Positions 43,045 to 52,657 of a stretch of 64,000 nucleotides of DNA are shown in pieces. The stretch lies in NCBI GenBank assembly GCA_022616375.1, contig JAKEEW010000721.1:2997-66996 (forward strand), given 5' to 3'. Within the stretch, counting starts at the first letter, position 1, and each line of letters starts with the position of its first letter. The stretch is from Sporichthyaceae bacterium (GTDB lineage: Bacteria > Actinomycetota > Actinomycetes > JAKEEW01). The notes under the pieces were generated by a model. It was not told the DNA's origin. It made no database searches and saw only the letters and a list, made by a program, of their open reading frames with translations. Made by a program: the position numbers and the translations under genes.

Positions 43045-44225
43045 GGGCCGCGGAGGCATTCCGGGTTGCCCTGGACGCACTGCGGGCCAACCGGCTGCGC
43101 AGTGCGCTGACCATGGTCGGTGTGATCATCGGGGTGGGCGCGGTGATCGTGCTGGTGGCTATCGGGAGCGGCGCCAAACAGGAGGTTGAGAGCCAGGTCG
43201 AGGGGCTGGGCTCGAATCTGATCCTGGTCGTGCCCGGCCGGGTCCAGCTCGGCTCGGCCCCGACGGTGAGCCGGCTGCAGCTGTCCGACGCCTCGGTGCT
43301 CGGCCGGGTGGTCGGCGACCCGAGCCGAGTGATCGTCACGCTGACCTCGGGGGAGTTCGCCCGGGTCGGCTCCAGGGAGGAGTTCGTCAACGTCGTCGGC
43401 ACCAACGAGAACGTGCCGCAGGTGGTCAACCGGCCGCTGGCCCGGGGCCGCTACCTGACTGCGACCGACGTCGACACCAGGCGGCGAGTGGCGGTGCTCG
43501 GCGCCGCGATCGCGGATCGGATGTTCGGCGACCTCGATCCGATCGGCCGCCAGATCGCGATCGCGGACGTGCGGTTTCGGATCGTCGGGGTCTACGGCGA
43601 GGTGGGCTCGGCGTTCGGGGTGAACCGGGACGAGGAGGTGCACATCCCGGTGACCGCGCAACAGCGGCTGGTCGGCGTGTCCAGGATCGATGCGCTCGCT
43701 GTGAAGGCGGCGTCCGCCGGCGCGGTCGACGAGCTGCAGGGCCGGCTGCTCGACGCGCTGCAGCAGCGCTATCCGGGTGAGGAGTTCTCCGCGGTCACCC
43801 AAACCCAGATCCTCGGCACAATCGGGCGCATCCTCGGCCTGCTCACGCTCGTGCTGGCCGCGATCGCGGCGATCTCGTTGCTGGTCGGCGGGGTGGGCGT
43901 GTCCAACATCATGCTGGTGTCGGTGCGCGAACGGACCAGGGAGATCGGCTTGCGCAAGGCGCTGGGTGCCCGGCAGCGGGACATCCTGTCCCAGTTCTTG
44001 ATCGAAGCGGTGCTGCTGACCACGTTCGGCGGCGTGATCGGGATCGGGCTCGGGGTGGCCGGGTCGGCCGCTTTGGCCGCCTACTCGCCGGTACCTGCCG
44101 TGGTGACCTGGTGGTCGCCGGTGCTGGCCGCCGGCGTCTCGGCCGCGGTGGGGGTGTTCTTCGGGGTAGTGCCGGCCCGCCGGGCGGGCCGGCTGGACCC
44201 GGTCGTGGCGCTGCGCTCGGAGTGA
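43041..44225 (+). CDS. ABC transporter permease (MacB_PCD + FtsX domains)
   Basis: ATG 43041 overlaps the ATPase stop (ATGA). MRAAEAFRVALDALRANRLRSALTMVGVIIGV, then a periplasmic domain, then the FtsX block REIGLRKALGA. Confidence 0.88.
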
Positions 44226-44365
44226 TCCAAAGGCTCCGGTGATCAAGGCCGACAAATCACCCCTTCCCCACCGGACACACCCGCCACTACTCTGAAGACA
44301 GGCCCCTCCACCTGGTAGAGCGCCGGTCGGGTAGCCGGCGCCGCCCCCGAAAAGGTCGGTGCGGA

Positions 44366-44569
44366 ATGAGTTCGGATGATCGACCGCTGCCAGAGGTTCG
44401 CTTTCTGACAGTCGCCGAGGTGGCCGCGGTAATGCGGGTCTCGAAGATGACCGTGTACCGGCTCGTGCACTCCGGTGAGCTGCCGGCGGTTCGGGTCGGG
44501 CGGTCCTTCCGAGTTCCCGAGCAAGCCGTGCACGACTACTTGCGCGACGCCTATGTCGAGGCGGGATAG
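44366..44569 (+). CDS. small excisionase/MerR-like HTH DNA-binding protein (BldC / Rv0500A-like)
   Basis: 67 aa with FLTVAEVAAVMRVSKMTVYRLVHSGELPAVRVGRSFRVPEQAV, the conserved helix-turn-helix_17 pattern. Followed by the bS22 mini-gene as in mycobacteria. Confidence 0.8.
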   Translation: MSSDDRPLPEVRFLTVAEVAAVMRVSKMTVYRLVHSGELPAVRVGRSFRVPEQAVHDYLRDAYVEAG

Positions 44570-44715
44570 CGCGACCTCGTTAGCGCGGTGGCCTGACCAG
44601 GTCACATTCCAGGCGTTTCACCGTTGTGCGCCCCGCACCGGTACCCTAGTGCGGTCTCGCGCGCGGCTCCGCTGCGCGACCGCGATCCCGATCTTTGAAT
44701 TGGCGAGGGTGCCCC

Positions 44716-44814
44716 GTGGGTTCAGTCATCAAGAAGCGCCGCAAGCGCATGGCCAAGAAGAAGCACCGCAAGCTGCTCAAGCGCACGCGGGTGCAGCGCC
44801 GCAACAAGAAGTGA
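44716..44814 (+). CDS. 30S ribosomal protein bS22 (32 aa)
   Basis: The GTG-initiated [35 protein letters not shown] is nearly identical in pattern to actinobacterial bS22 (Rv0500B-like). Too short for the supplied ORF track. Confidence 0.8.
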   Translation: MGSVIKKRRKRMAKKKHRKLLKRTRVQRRNKK

Positions 44815-44833
44815 CTCCCTCGCGGGACGCTCG

Positions 44834-45787
44834 ATGAGCCGCACGGTTCTCGTGACGGGTGTCTCGCGCCCTCCAGGCACCGAGCTCGCCCGCCGGTTGC
44901 GGGCGGCCGACGGGATCGGCCGGGTCGTCGGAGTGGATCTCACCTCGCCGGCCGAGGATCTCGGTGACGTGGAGTTCGTCCGCGCCGACATCCGCAGCCC
45001 GGTGATCGCCAAGGTGGTCGAGTCCACCGAGTTCGACACGGTGGTCCATCTGGGCACGTTGCAGCCGCCGTCCGGCGCCGGTCGCGGCTCGTCCGGCCGG
45101 GAGATCGCGCTGATCGGCACCATGCAGCTGCTGGCCGCCTGCCAGCGGGCCCCCTCGCTGCGCCGGTTCGTGCTGCAGTCCTCGACCGCGGTCTACGGCG
45201 CGACCGCGCGCGATCCGGCGATGTTCACCGAGGACATGACCCCGGCGAACGCGCCCACCTCGGGCCGCTCCAGGGACGTGTTCGAGATGGAGTCCTATGT
45301 CCGCGGGTTTGCCCGGCGGCGCCCTGACGTGCAAACCACGATCTTGCGGCTGGCCCATCTGGCCGGCCCGACCGCGGACACCGCACTGACCAGACATCTC
45401 AAGCTGCCCGCGGTGCCGACCGTGTTCGGGTTCGACCCGCGGCTGCAGTTCCTGCACATCGACGACGCGGTGGACGTGCTGACCACGACCACCATCGCCG
45501 AGCTCGACCGGACCGATCGGCCAACCGTGTTCAACGTCGCCGGAGACGGGACGGTCTTTCTGTCCCAGGCGGTCCGCCGGCTCGGCCGCGCTCCGGTGCC
45601 GGTGCCCTCGCCGATGCTGTCCTGGGTGCGCTCGATGGTCGGCCGTGGCGGCGAGCTGCCACCGGTCGCAGAGCTGACCTATGGGCGGGTTGCCGACACC
45701 ACCCGGATGCGCACCGAGCTGGGCTTCCAGCCGCAGTACAGCACGGCCGATGCGCTGGCCACGATGCAGGAGCCGAGTCATGGCTGA
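44834..45787 (+). CDS. NAD-dependent epimerase/dehydratase family protein
   Basis: 317-aa ORF with a Rossmann N-terminus VLVTGVSRPPGTELARRL and SDR-extended blocks. Syntenic with Rv0501-like genes. Confidence 0.85.
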   Translation: MSRTVLVTGVSRPPGTELARRLRAADGIGRVVGVDLTSPAEDLGDVEFVRADIRSPVIAKVVESTEFDTVVHLGTLQPPSGAGRGSSGREIALIGTMQLLAACQRAPSLRRFVLQSSTAVYGATARDPAMFTEDMTPANAPTSGRSRDVFEMESYVRGFARRRPDVQTTILRLAHLAGPTADTALTRHLKLPAVPTVFGFDPRLQFLHIDDAVDVLTTTTIAELDRTDRPTVFNVAGDGTVFLSQAVRRLGRAPVPVPSPMLSWVRSMVGRGGELPPVAELTYGRVADTTRMRTELGFQPQYSTADALATMQEPSHG

Positions 45788-46649
45788 GCCGGGGGGCTTC
45801 GCGCTGCCCGAGGAGTGGGACCGGCGGGTCGCCGGTGCGCTGGCCTTCGTCCGGCGCCGGATCAGCGGCGAGTACGAGGTGGACGACTTCGGGTTCGACC
45901 GCGAGCTCACCGAGGCCGTGCTGATGCCGCTGCTGCGGCCGCTGTACGAGAAGTACTTCCGGGTCGAGGTGTCCGGGCTGCACCATCTGCCCGACGAGGG
46001 CGCCGCGCTGGTCGTGGCCAACCATGCCGGCACGATCCCGCTCGACGCGCTGCTGACCCAGCTCGCGATCCACGATCACCATCCCAGGCAGCGGCATCTG
46101 CGCCTGCTCGCCGCCGACCTGGTGTTCAAGCTCCCGGTGACCGCGCACCTGGCCCGCAAGGCCGGGCACACCCTGGCCTGCAACGAGGACGTGGACCGGC
46201 TGCTCGGGTCGGGCGAGTTGGTCGGGGTCTGGCCGGAGGGCTTCAAGGGCATCGGTAAGCGGTTCACCCAGCGCTACCGGCTGCAGCGGTTCGGCCGTGG
46301 CGGGTTCGTCGCCGCTGCGCTGCGGCACGGGGCGCCGATCGTCCCGTCCGCGATCGTCGGCGCGGAGGAGATCTACCCGCTGATCGCGGACCTGCCGCCG
46401 CTGGCCAAGATGCTTGGCCTGCCCTATGTGCCGATCACCCCGACGTTCCCCTGGCTAGGCCCGCTCGGCATGATCCCGCTGCCGTCCAAGTGGATGATCG
46501 AGTTCGGTCCGCCGGTCCCCACCGACGGGTACGCCGACCACATCGACGACCCGATGGTGGTGTTCGAGCTGACCAACCAGGTGCGGGAGACGATCCAGCA
46601 CATGCTGTACCGGCTCCTGGTCAGGCGCGGCGGCGCGTTCAGCGGATAA
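45780..46649 (+). CDS. lysophospholipid (1-acyl-glycerol-3-phosphate) acyltransferase family protein
   Basis: ATG 45780 overlaps the upstream gene end. Contains VANHAGTIPLDA (H-x-D type block), VWPEGFKG and the PIVPSAIVG motif, typical of the PlsC family. Confidence 0.8.
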   Translation: MAEPGGFALPEEWDRRVAGALAFVRRRISGEYEVDDFGFDRELTEAVLMPLLRPLYEKYFRVEVSGLHHLPDEGAALVVANHAGTIPLDALLTQLAIHDHHPRQRHLRLLAADLVFKLPVTAHLARKAGHTLACNEDVDRLLGSGELVGVWPEGFKGIGKRFTQRYRLQRFGRGGFVAAALRHGAPIVPSAIVGAEEIYPLIADLPPLAKMLGLPYVPITPTFPWLGPLGMIPLPSKWMIEFGPPVPTDGYADHIDDPMVVFELTNQVRETIQHMLYRLLVRRGGAFSG

Positions 46650-46808
46650 CTGTCGCAGCCCATCCGGCCGGTCGAGGATTTCCGAAAGTACGGTCATTGT
46701 CGTGGCGGTCCGGGGATCCCCGTGGTGCGCCGGGTACTTCCGTACTTTCTGACAATCGCTCCCTAGCTCGGCGGTCCTAGCGATGGAACCGCCCAGCTAA
46801 TCGCACAG

Positions 46809-47987
46809 CTAGTCGCCGAGGTTGACGCCGATTCCGAGCAGGTTGACCCCGACGTTCGGCAACGGCAGGCCGGGCAGGCGCACGCCGACCGAGGCGTTTG
46901 CGGTCGGCAGCGGCCCGTCGCCCTCGCCGGCCTCGACGCCGACGCCGACGCTTGGATCGCCAGGGTTCTCGCCGCCGATGCCGCCGTCCAGCACGGTCTG
47001 CGGCGCACCGAAGATGGGCAGCCCGGATCCGCCGCCACCGCTTGACCCGGCCGGGCCGGTCGGCCCGGAGGTCGGCCCGCTCTCCCCGTCGCCCAGCGGC
47101 AGCAGGTCGGCCGACTGCGGCAGCGCAACCGACGGCGGGCTCAGGTTCGTGACCTCGGTGGCGATCTCGTTGAGCAGTTCCAGCATGGCGCCGGGCGACG
47201 GCTGCACCTCGTAAGGCAGCAGCGGGGCGATCCCGCGGATCTGCTGGCCCTGGCTGCGGCTGAACTCCATCAGCCGAGCCAGCGGAGCCGGATTCCTGGT
47301 GTGCTCGAACGCATCGACGAGCAGCTCCCGGCCGGCCTCGGTGGACGCGGCCATGTCGCCGAAGGTGTGCTCGATCCGCTCCACGACCTTGGGGTCGCTC
47401 GGCCGCGGACCGAACTCCTCGAGCATCTGAGAGACCTCGCCGAGCCGGTTGTTCGCCATCGCGAGGTGCTGCTGACCGCGGGCGGTGTCCGACCCGGCCA
47501 GCTTGAGTCGCACGTCCTCGACGGTCCGCTTCACGCCGTAGAGCCGGTCCCCGGGCAACGCGGCCTGAGCGGCCATCGCGGTGGTCGCCATCCCACCGGC
47601 GATCACGCCGAGCGCAACCCCGAACGCTGCGGCCCGACGGCGGACCGGGGTGAGCGTGGGTGGCCGGGACGGGACCGGCCGGCGGGTTCCGCCCGGGTGG
47701 GTGGCTGCACCGGCCCGACGGGAAACGCCCCGGCTCGATCCGGCCAGGCCGGCAGCGGCCCGCTCCGCGGCCAGCTGCTCGCCGTAGTCCAGCAGGCCCT
47801 GGCGCAGCGCGGCGCGGAACTCCGGGTGGACCGGCGGGATGTTCCGGCCGGCCTCGGCCAGCGCCGCGGTGGCCTCGAGCAGCGGGGCGAGGTCGCGGTC
47901 CCGGGTGCGGCCGGTCTCCAGAGCCTGCGCGAACTCGCGCGCACGTCGACGCTCCACCAGACTCAGTGGCACCGGAAGCACCCCCAA
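46809..47987 (-). CDS. anti-sigma factor-like membrane protein (DUF5667-type)
   Basis: 392-aa ORF 83 nt downstream of the ECF sigma gene. N-terminus RRRAREFAQALE, one TM helix (AAAFGVALGVIAGGMATTAMA), an extracytoplasmic helical domain and a Gly-rich tail. Family call is from memory. Confidence 0.6.
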   Translation of the reverse strand: MGVLPVPLSLVERRRAREFAQALETGRTRDRDLAPLLEATAALAEAGRNIPPVHPEFRAALRQGLLDYGEQLAAERAAAGLAGSSRGVSRRAGAATHPGGTRRPVPSRPPTLTPVRRRAAAFGVALGVIAGGMATTAMAAQAALPGDRLYGVKRTVEDVRLKLAGSDTARGQQHLAMANNRLGEVSQMLEEFGPRPSDPKVVERIEHTFGDMAASTEAGRELLVDAFEHTRNPAPLARLMEFSRSQGQQIRGIAPLLPYEVQPSPGAMLELLNEIATEVTNLSPPSVALPQSADLLPLGDGESGPTSGPTGPAGSSGGGGSGLPIFGAPQTVLDGGIGGENPGDPSVGVGVEAGEGDGPLPTANASVGVRLPGLPLPNVGVNLLGIGVNLGD

Positions 47988-48069
47988 TCCTCACCCGTCA
48001 CAAGTACTCGTATGGCCCCTAGCACCTGCGCTAACGAGTGATTCGGGTCTGGGGTTACGTGGGGTCGCG

Positions 48070-48933
48070 TCATCGCACCCCCTCGGGCAGGATCCGGGCG
48101 AGGGTGCGCATGGCACGGTACTGCAAAGTCTTGATCGCGCCCTCGTTCTTGCCCATGATCGCCGCGGTTTCGGCTACCGAAAGCTCCTGGATGAATCGCA
48201 GCTGGACGCATTCCTGCTGCTGCGGGCTGAGCTGCCGAACCGCCTCGATCAAGGTGTGGTTGGCCAGCTGATCGAGTACGGCGTCCTCCGGGCCGTCCTC
48301 GACCTTGTCCGCGTCGAGCATCTCCGCGGTCGGCCGCTCCAGCCGGACCCGGCTGGACTTGAAGTGGTCGGTCACCAGGTTTCGGGCGATGGTGATCAGC
48401 CAGGCGGCGAAGTCCCGGCCCTGCCAGGTGAACGAGCTGATCCGCTTCAGCGCCCGGTAGAACGTGTCCGAGGTCAGGTCCTCGGCCAGCGCCGGGTCGT
48501 TCACCCGGTAGTAGATGAACCGGTGTACTGCCTCGACGTACTTCTCGTAGAGCTGCCCGAACGCGTGCGGGTCACCGTCCCGGGCCAGGTCGACCAGCGC
48601 GACGATGCGCTGGGTCTCGGCCTCGTTGTCCTGGTTGGCCCGGCCGCGACCGGTCCGGCCCGATCCGGCCCGACCGGACGGCTTGCGCTCGCGAGCACCG
48701 GGCACGGTGGCCCGGGAGCCCCGCAGCGACCCGGATCCGGTTGGCCAGCCGCCGTCGGTCGGCCAGCCACCGGCCTCGGTCTCCACCGCCATGGCGTAGC
48801 GGTCCGCCGCGCCCGGCCCAAGCCCGGCAGCGCCCGCAACGGCGAGCGGGTGCGGGGCCAGATCCAGAAACGCGAGCAGCGCGAGCCGAAGCGCGCGCAG
48901 CCCGGTGCTACTGGGGTCAGTGGTTCGGGTCAC
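48070..48933 (-). CDS. ECF-type RNA polymerase sigma factor with N-terminal extension
   Basis: Region 2 (FGQLYEKYVEAVHRFIYYRV...DLTSDTFYRAL...WLITIARN) and region 4 (LSPQQQECVQLRFIQELSVAETAAIMGKNEGAIKTLQYRA). Either GTG 48933 or ATG 48792 could be the start. Confidence 0.85.
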   Translation of the reverse strand: MTRTTDPSSTGLRALRLALLAFLDLAPHPLAVAGAAGLGPGAADRYAMAVETEAGGWPTDGGWPTGSGSLRGSRATVPGARERKPSGRAGSGRTGRGRANQDNEAETQRIVALVDLARDGDPHAFGQLYEKYVEAVHRFIYYRVNDPALAEDLTSDTFYRALKRISSFTWQGRDFAAWLITIARNLVTDHFKSSRVRLERPTAEMLDADKVEDGPEDAVLDQLANHTLIEAVRQLSPQQQECVQLRFIQELSVAETAAIMGKNEGAIKTLQYRAMRTLARILPEGVR

Positions 48934-49148
48934 CGACCCCCCACAGAGGTGCTGCCGGGCGGACAGCGACGAGATCCATTCGGCTCATGCTAGGGGCTGA
49001 TCAAGGACCTGTACGCCGATTCACCCACGCACTGCAAATACCCCGCTACCGGTTGTGACGATCTTGGTAGGGGCTAGCGAACGGCCAATTACATAGCGTC
49101 GTGACCGGCCGCTACCGGTGCCCCCGGCTGGGCGATCCGAGCCCGGTC

Positions 49149-49940
49149 CTAGTCGGATGGGGTGGTGGTGGTGCTTCGCCGGCGGCGCCGAGCGCCGAGT
49201 GCGGCAAGCACGCCCGCTACGGCTCCGGTGCCGGCCGCGGCCGGGATGCCGACCGCGGCTGCCTTCCGCCCGGTGCGGTAGTCGTGCACCGGCCAGCCGC
49301 GCTGCTTCGCGTGGTCGCGCAGCCTGCCGTCCGGATTGACCGCGTACGGATGGCCGACCAGCTCGAGCATCGGGATGTCGTTCGCCGAGTCGCTGTACGC
49401 CGACGAGGTCGTCAGGTCCAGGTCGCGTTCCGCGGCGAGCTGCCGGACCGCGTCCGCTTTGGCCTGACCGTGCAACAGGTCTCCGGACAGCCGACCGGTG
49501 TAGGTGCCGGCGTGCACTTCTGCCACGGTGCCGAGCGCCCCGGTGAAGCCCAACTGATCGGCCAGGACGGTGGCCACCTCGACCGGGCTCGCCGTGACCA
49601 GCCATACCTCTTGACCGGCAGCCGAGTGTGCCTCGGCGATCTCCTGGGTGCCTGGCCAGACCCTGGGCAGCAGATATTGGTCGACCAGCCCGGCGAGCAC
49701 CGTCTTGACCTCACTCGCGTCCTGACCCTCGATGCCGGCCAGCATGTCCTGCCGGGTGCTGTGGATGTGGCCGGACCGCTCCCGGCCACCGAGCCGGAAA
49801 TGCGCCTGCCGCCAGGCGAACTTGGCCAGGTCGCGATTCCTGATGATCTTCTTGGCGTACAGGCCACGGGCCACGTGGAAGAGGGACGAGCCCTTCATCA
49901 ACGTGTTGTCCAGATCGAAGAATGCCGCACTTCGCCGCAT
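49149..49940 (-). CDS. HAD-IB family hydrolase (SerB-like) with C-terminal membrane anchor
   Basis: Start at ATG 49940. Motif I FFDLDNTL, motif III/IV YSDSANDIPML. C-terminal hydrophobic helix AAAGTGAVAGVLAALGA followed by RRRRR. Confidence 0.8.
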   Translation of the reverse strand: MRRSAAFFDLDNTLMKGSSLFHVARGLYAKKIIRNRDLAKFAWRQAHFRLGGRERSGHIHSTRQDMLAGIEGQDASEVKTVLAGLVDQYLLPRVWPGTQEIAEAHSAAGQEVWLVTASPVEVATVLADQLGFTGALGTVAEVHAGTYTGRLSGDLLHGQAKADAVRQLAAERDLDLTTSSAYSDSANDIPMLELVGHPYAVNPDGRLRDHAKQRGWPVHDYRTGRKAAAVGIPAAAGTGAVAGVLAALGARRRRRSTTTTPSD

Positions 49941-49993
49941 GTCGCCCAGCGTAGCCAGGACGCACCGATGCCTGCTGTGCCAGACTCCACGAC

Positions 49994-51517
49994 GTGATCG
50001 GCAACGTCGGCAACGTGGCACAGCTGCTGCGCCGGACCGCGCAGGCGCACCCGGACCGGACCGCTCTGGTGGCACCGGCATCGGAGCGCGAGATCAGCTG
50101 GGCCGAGCTGGACCGGCTGGTCAGTGCGCTCGCTGCCGGGCTGCGGTCCCGGCAGCCGGCCGGAGCACGGGTCGCGCTCCTGCTCGGCAACTCGGTGGAC
50201 TTCGTTGCCGGCTACCTGGCCACGTTGCGCGCCGGGCTGGTGGCGGTGCCGGTGAACAACGGCTACACCGAGCCGGAGGTCCGCCGGGTGCTGGCCGACA
50301 GCGGCGCCGGGGTGGTGGTGGCCGAGCCGGCCGCGGCCGAGACCGCGCGTGCCGCGGCCGCCGATGTATGGGTGCTGGAGGTCGGCTCGGACGAATGGCG
50401 GGAGCTGGCCGGCACCGATCCCGCGCTCACCGACGCTGAGCAGGCCGGCGCCGCCGAGCTCGCCGTCATCGCCTATACCTCCGGCACCTCGGGCGCTCCG
50501 AAGGGCGCGATGCTCTCGCACCGCGCGCTGCTCGCCTCGATCGAGGCGACCCTCGCACTCGAGCCGGCGCCGATGCGACCGGACGACGTGGTTCTGCTGG
50601 CCCTGCCGCTGTTCCACCTCTATGCGCTCAACGGCGTGCTCGGCCCGCTGTTCGCCACCGGTGCGACCGGGATCCTGTCCGAGCGCTTCGACCCGGACTC
50701 CACTCTGGCGCTGATCGGAGCGCACGAGATCACGAACGTGCCCGGTGCCCCGGCGATGTACGCCGCCTGGGCCGACCGGGAAGGGCTGCGGCACGCGCTT
50801 GCCACGGTGCGGTTGCTGGTGTCCGGCTCGGCGCCGCTGTCGCCAGCCGTGCTCGAGCAGGTCCACACCGCGACCGGGCTGACCGTGTACGAGGGCTACG
50901 GCCTGACCGAGACCGCACCGGTGGCCACCAGCGCGTTGGCTTCCGACCAGGTCAAGCCGGGCTCGATCGGGCGACCCGTACCCGGGGTCGAGATCCGGCT
51001 GGTCGACGAGGCCGGCGAGCCGGTTGCCGACGGCGATCCCGGCGAGATCCAGATCCGCGGTCCAAACCTGTTCTCCGGCTACTGGCCGGACGGGTCCGAC
51101 GGGCCGGGGCCGGACGGTTGGTGGTCCACCGGAGACGTCGCGTATGCGGACGAAGACGGTGACCTGTTCCTGGTGGACAGGCGCAAGGAGCTGGTCCTGG
51201 TCAGCGGCTTCAACGTGTATCCGCGCGAGGTCGAGGACGTGCTGCTCAGCCATCCGGACGTGCTCGAGGCCGCGGTCGTCGCGATTGCGCACCCGACCAC
51301 CGGCGAGGCGGTCAAGGCGTTCGTGGTGCCGCGCCCTGGCACCCGGGTCCTCCCCGAGCAGGTGATCGCGCACTGCGAGCCGAGACTGGCCAGGTTCAAG
51401 CGGCCGACCATCGTGGCGGTCGTGGACGAGCTCCCGCACTCCGCGACCGGCAAGGTGGCCAAGGCCCGGCTGCGCGCCGAGCAGGACCAGCGCAACGCTT
51501 CGGAGCAACCGGCATGA
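49994..51517 (+). CDS. AMP-dependent acyl-CoA synthetase/ligase (FadD-like)
   Basis: 507-aa ORF with AMP-binding motifs YTSGTSGAPKGA, GYGLTET and TGDVAYADEDGD, plus a C-terminal lysine block. Confidence 0.88.
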   Translation: MIGNVGNVAQLLRRTAQAHPDRTALVAPASEREISWAELDRLVSALAAGLRSRQPAGARVALLLGNSVDFVAGYLATLRAGLVAVPVNNGYTEPEVRRVLADSGAGVVVAEPAAAETARAAAADVWVLEVGSDEWRELAGTDPALTDAEQAGAAELAVIAYTSGTSGAPKGAMLSHRALLASIEATLALEPAPMRPDDVVLLALPLFHLYALNGVLGPLFATGATGILSERFDPDSTLALIGAHEITNVPGAPAMYAAWADREGLRHALATVRLLVSGSAPLSPAVLEQVHTATGLTVYEGYGLTETAPVATSALASDQVKPGSIGRPVPGVEIRLVDEAGEPVADGDPGEIQIRGPNLFSGYWPDGSDGPGPDGWWSTGDVAYADEDGDLFLVDRRKELVLVSGFNVYPREVEDVLLSHPDVLEAAVVAIAHPTTGEAVKAFVVPRPGTRVLPEQVIAHCEPRLARFKRPTIVAVVDELPHSATGKVAKARLRAEQDQRNASEQPA

Positions 51518-51774
51518 TCGCGCCGACCCCGCCGGCACCTGCCCGGGTGACTCTGCTCAGTAGGCCGGGCTGCCACCTGTGCGACGACGCCCGGACCGTG
51601 ATCGCCAAGGTGTGCACCGAGCTGGCTACGGGCTGGACCGAGATCGACATCACCACCGATCAGACGCTGCTCGACTCCTACCGGGACGAGATCCCGGTGA
51701 CGTTCGTGGACGGCCGGCAGCACGACTTCTGGCACGTCTCCGAAGATCGCCTGCGGCGCGCGCTGACCGGTTGA
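51514..51774 (+). CDS. glutaredoxin-like protein (DUF836 type)
   Basis: 86 aa whose ATG overlaps the fadD-like stop. CxxC motif RPGCHLCDDA. Same position as Rv0508-like genes before hemA. Confidence 0.75.
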   Translation: MIAPTPPAPARVTLLSRPGCHLCDDARTVIAKVCTELATGWTEIDITTDQTLLDSYRDEIPVTFVDGRQHDFWHVSEDRLRRALTG

Positions 51775-51829
51775 CCGCGCGCTGCCGACTTGGTGTCCGG
51801 TTCAAACGATCTCGGCTCCATCGTCGACT

Positions 51830-51847
51830 TTGTGCGTCAGTTCACAA
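51830..51847 (+). promoter_or_regulatory. candidate Rex operator (ROP)
   Basis: TTGTGCGTCAGTTCACAA matches the Streptomyces Rex operator consensus TTGTGAA-N4-TTCACAA at TTGTG and TTCACAA. Lies 49 nt upstream of the rex start. Confidence 0.65.
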
Positions 51848-51895
51848 ACCCCTAGGCTGCATACCACGACGCCTTCCAGGGGCCACAGGAGACTC

Positions 51896-52657
51896 GTGTC
51901 CGCCGCTCGCACCAGCCGCACCGCCCGGGGGATCCCGGACGCCACCGTCGCTCGGCTGCCGGTGTATCTCAGGGCGCTGAGCGGGATGGCAGAACGCGGC
52001 GCTCGCACCGCCTCATCCGAGGAGCTGGCGACCGCGGCCGGGGTGAACTCGGCCAAGCTGCGCAAGGATCTGTCCTACCTCGGGTCCTACGGCACCCGTG
52101 GGGTCGGCTACGAGGTCGAGTACCTGATCTACCAGATCTCCCGGGAGCTCGGACTCACCCAGGACTGGGCCGTGGCGATCATCGGTGTCGGAAATCTCGG
52201 TCACGCCCTGGCCAACTACGGCGGCTTCGCGTCCCGCGGCTTCCGGGTGATCGCGCTGCTGGATGCGGACGAGACCCGGGTGGGCGAAGTGATCAGCGGC
52301 CGGACCGTGACGCCGATCGACGAGCTCGAGACCGTGCTGGCCGCTCAGCAGGTGGACATCGCGGTGATCGCTACCCCGGCCGCGGCCGCGCAGGCGGTCT
52401 GCGACCGGCTGGTCGCCTGCGGGGTGACCAGCATCCTCAACTTCGCGCCGATCGTGCTGGCGGTCCCGGAGGGGGTCGAGGTGCGCAAAGTCGACCTGTC
52501 CATCGAGTTGCAGATCTTGGCCTTCCACGAGCAGCGCAAGGCCAACGGTGGAGCGCTCGCCGCCCTGGCGGCGGTTCCTGGGCGTGCCGCCGGCTCGGGT
52601 GCGGCAAAACCGGCGCTCGCCGGGGAGACTGGCTATCCCCAGGCGGTGGAAGCATGA
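51896..52657 (+). CDS. rex: redox-sensing transcriptional repressor Rex
   Basis: GTG 51896 with AGGAGA RBS. Winged-helix RLPVYLRAL...LATAAGVNSAKLRKDLSYLG and Rossmann IIGVGNLGHAL. Confidence 0.9.
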   Translation: MSAARTSRTARGIPDATVARLPVYLRALSGMAERGARTASSEELATAAGVNSAKLRKDLSYLGSYGTRGVGYEVEYLIYQISRELGLTQDWAVAIIGVGNLGHALANYGGFASRGFRVIALLDADETRVGEVISGRTVTPIDELETVLAAQQVDIAVIATPAAAAQAVCDRLVACGVTSILNFAPIVLAVPEGVEVRKVDLSIELQILAFHEQRKANGGALAALAAVPGRAAGSGAAKPALAGETGYPQAVEA

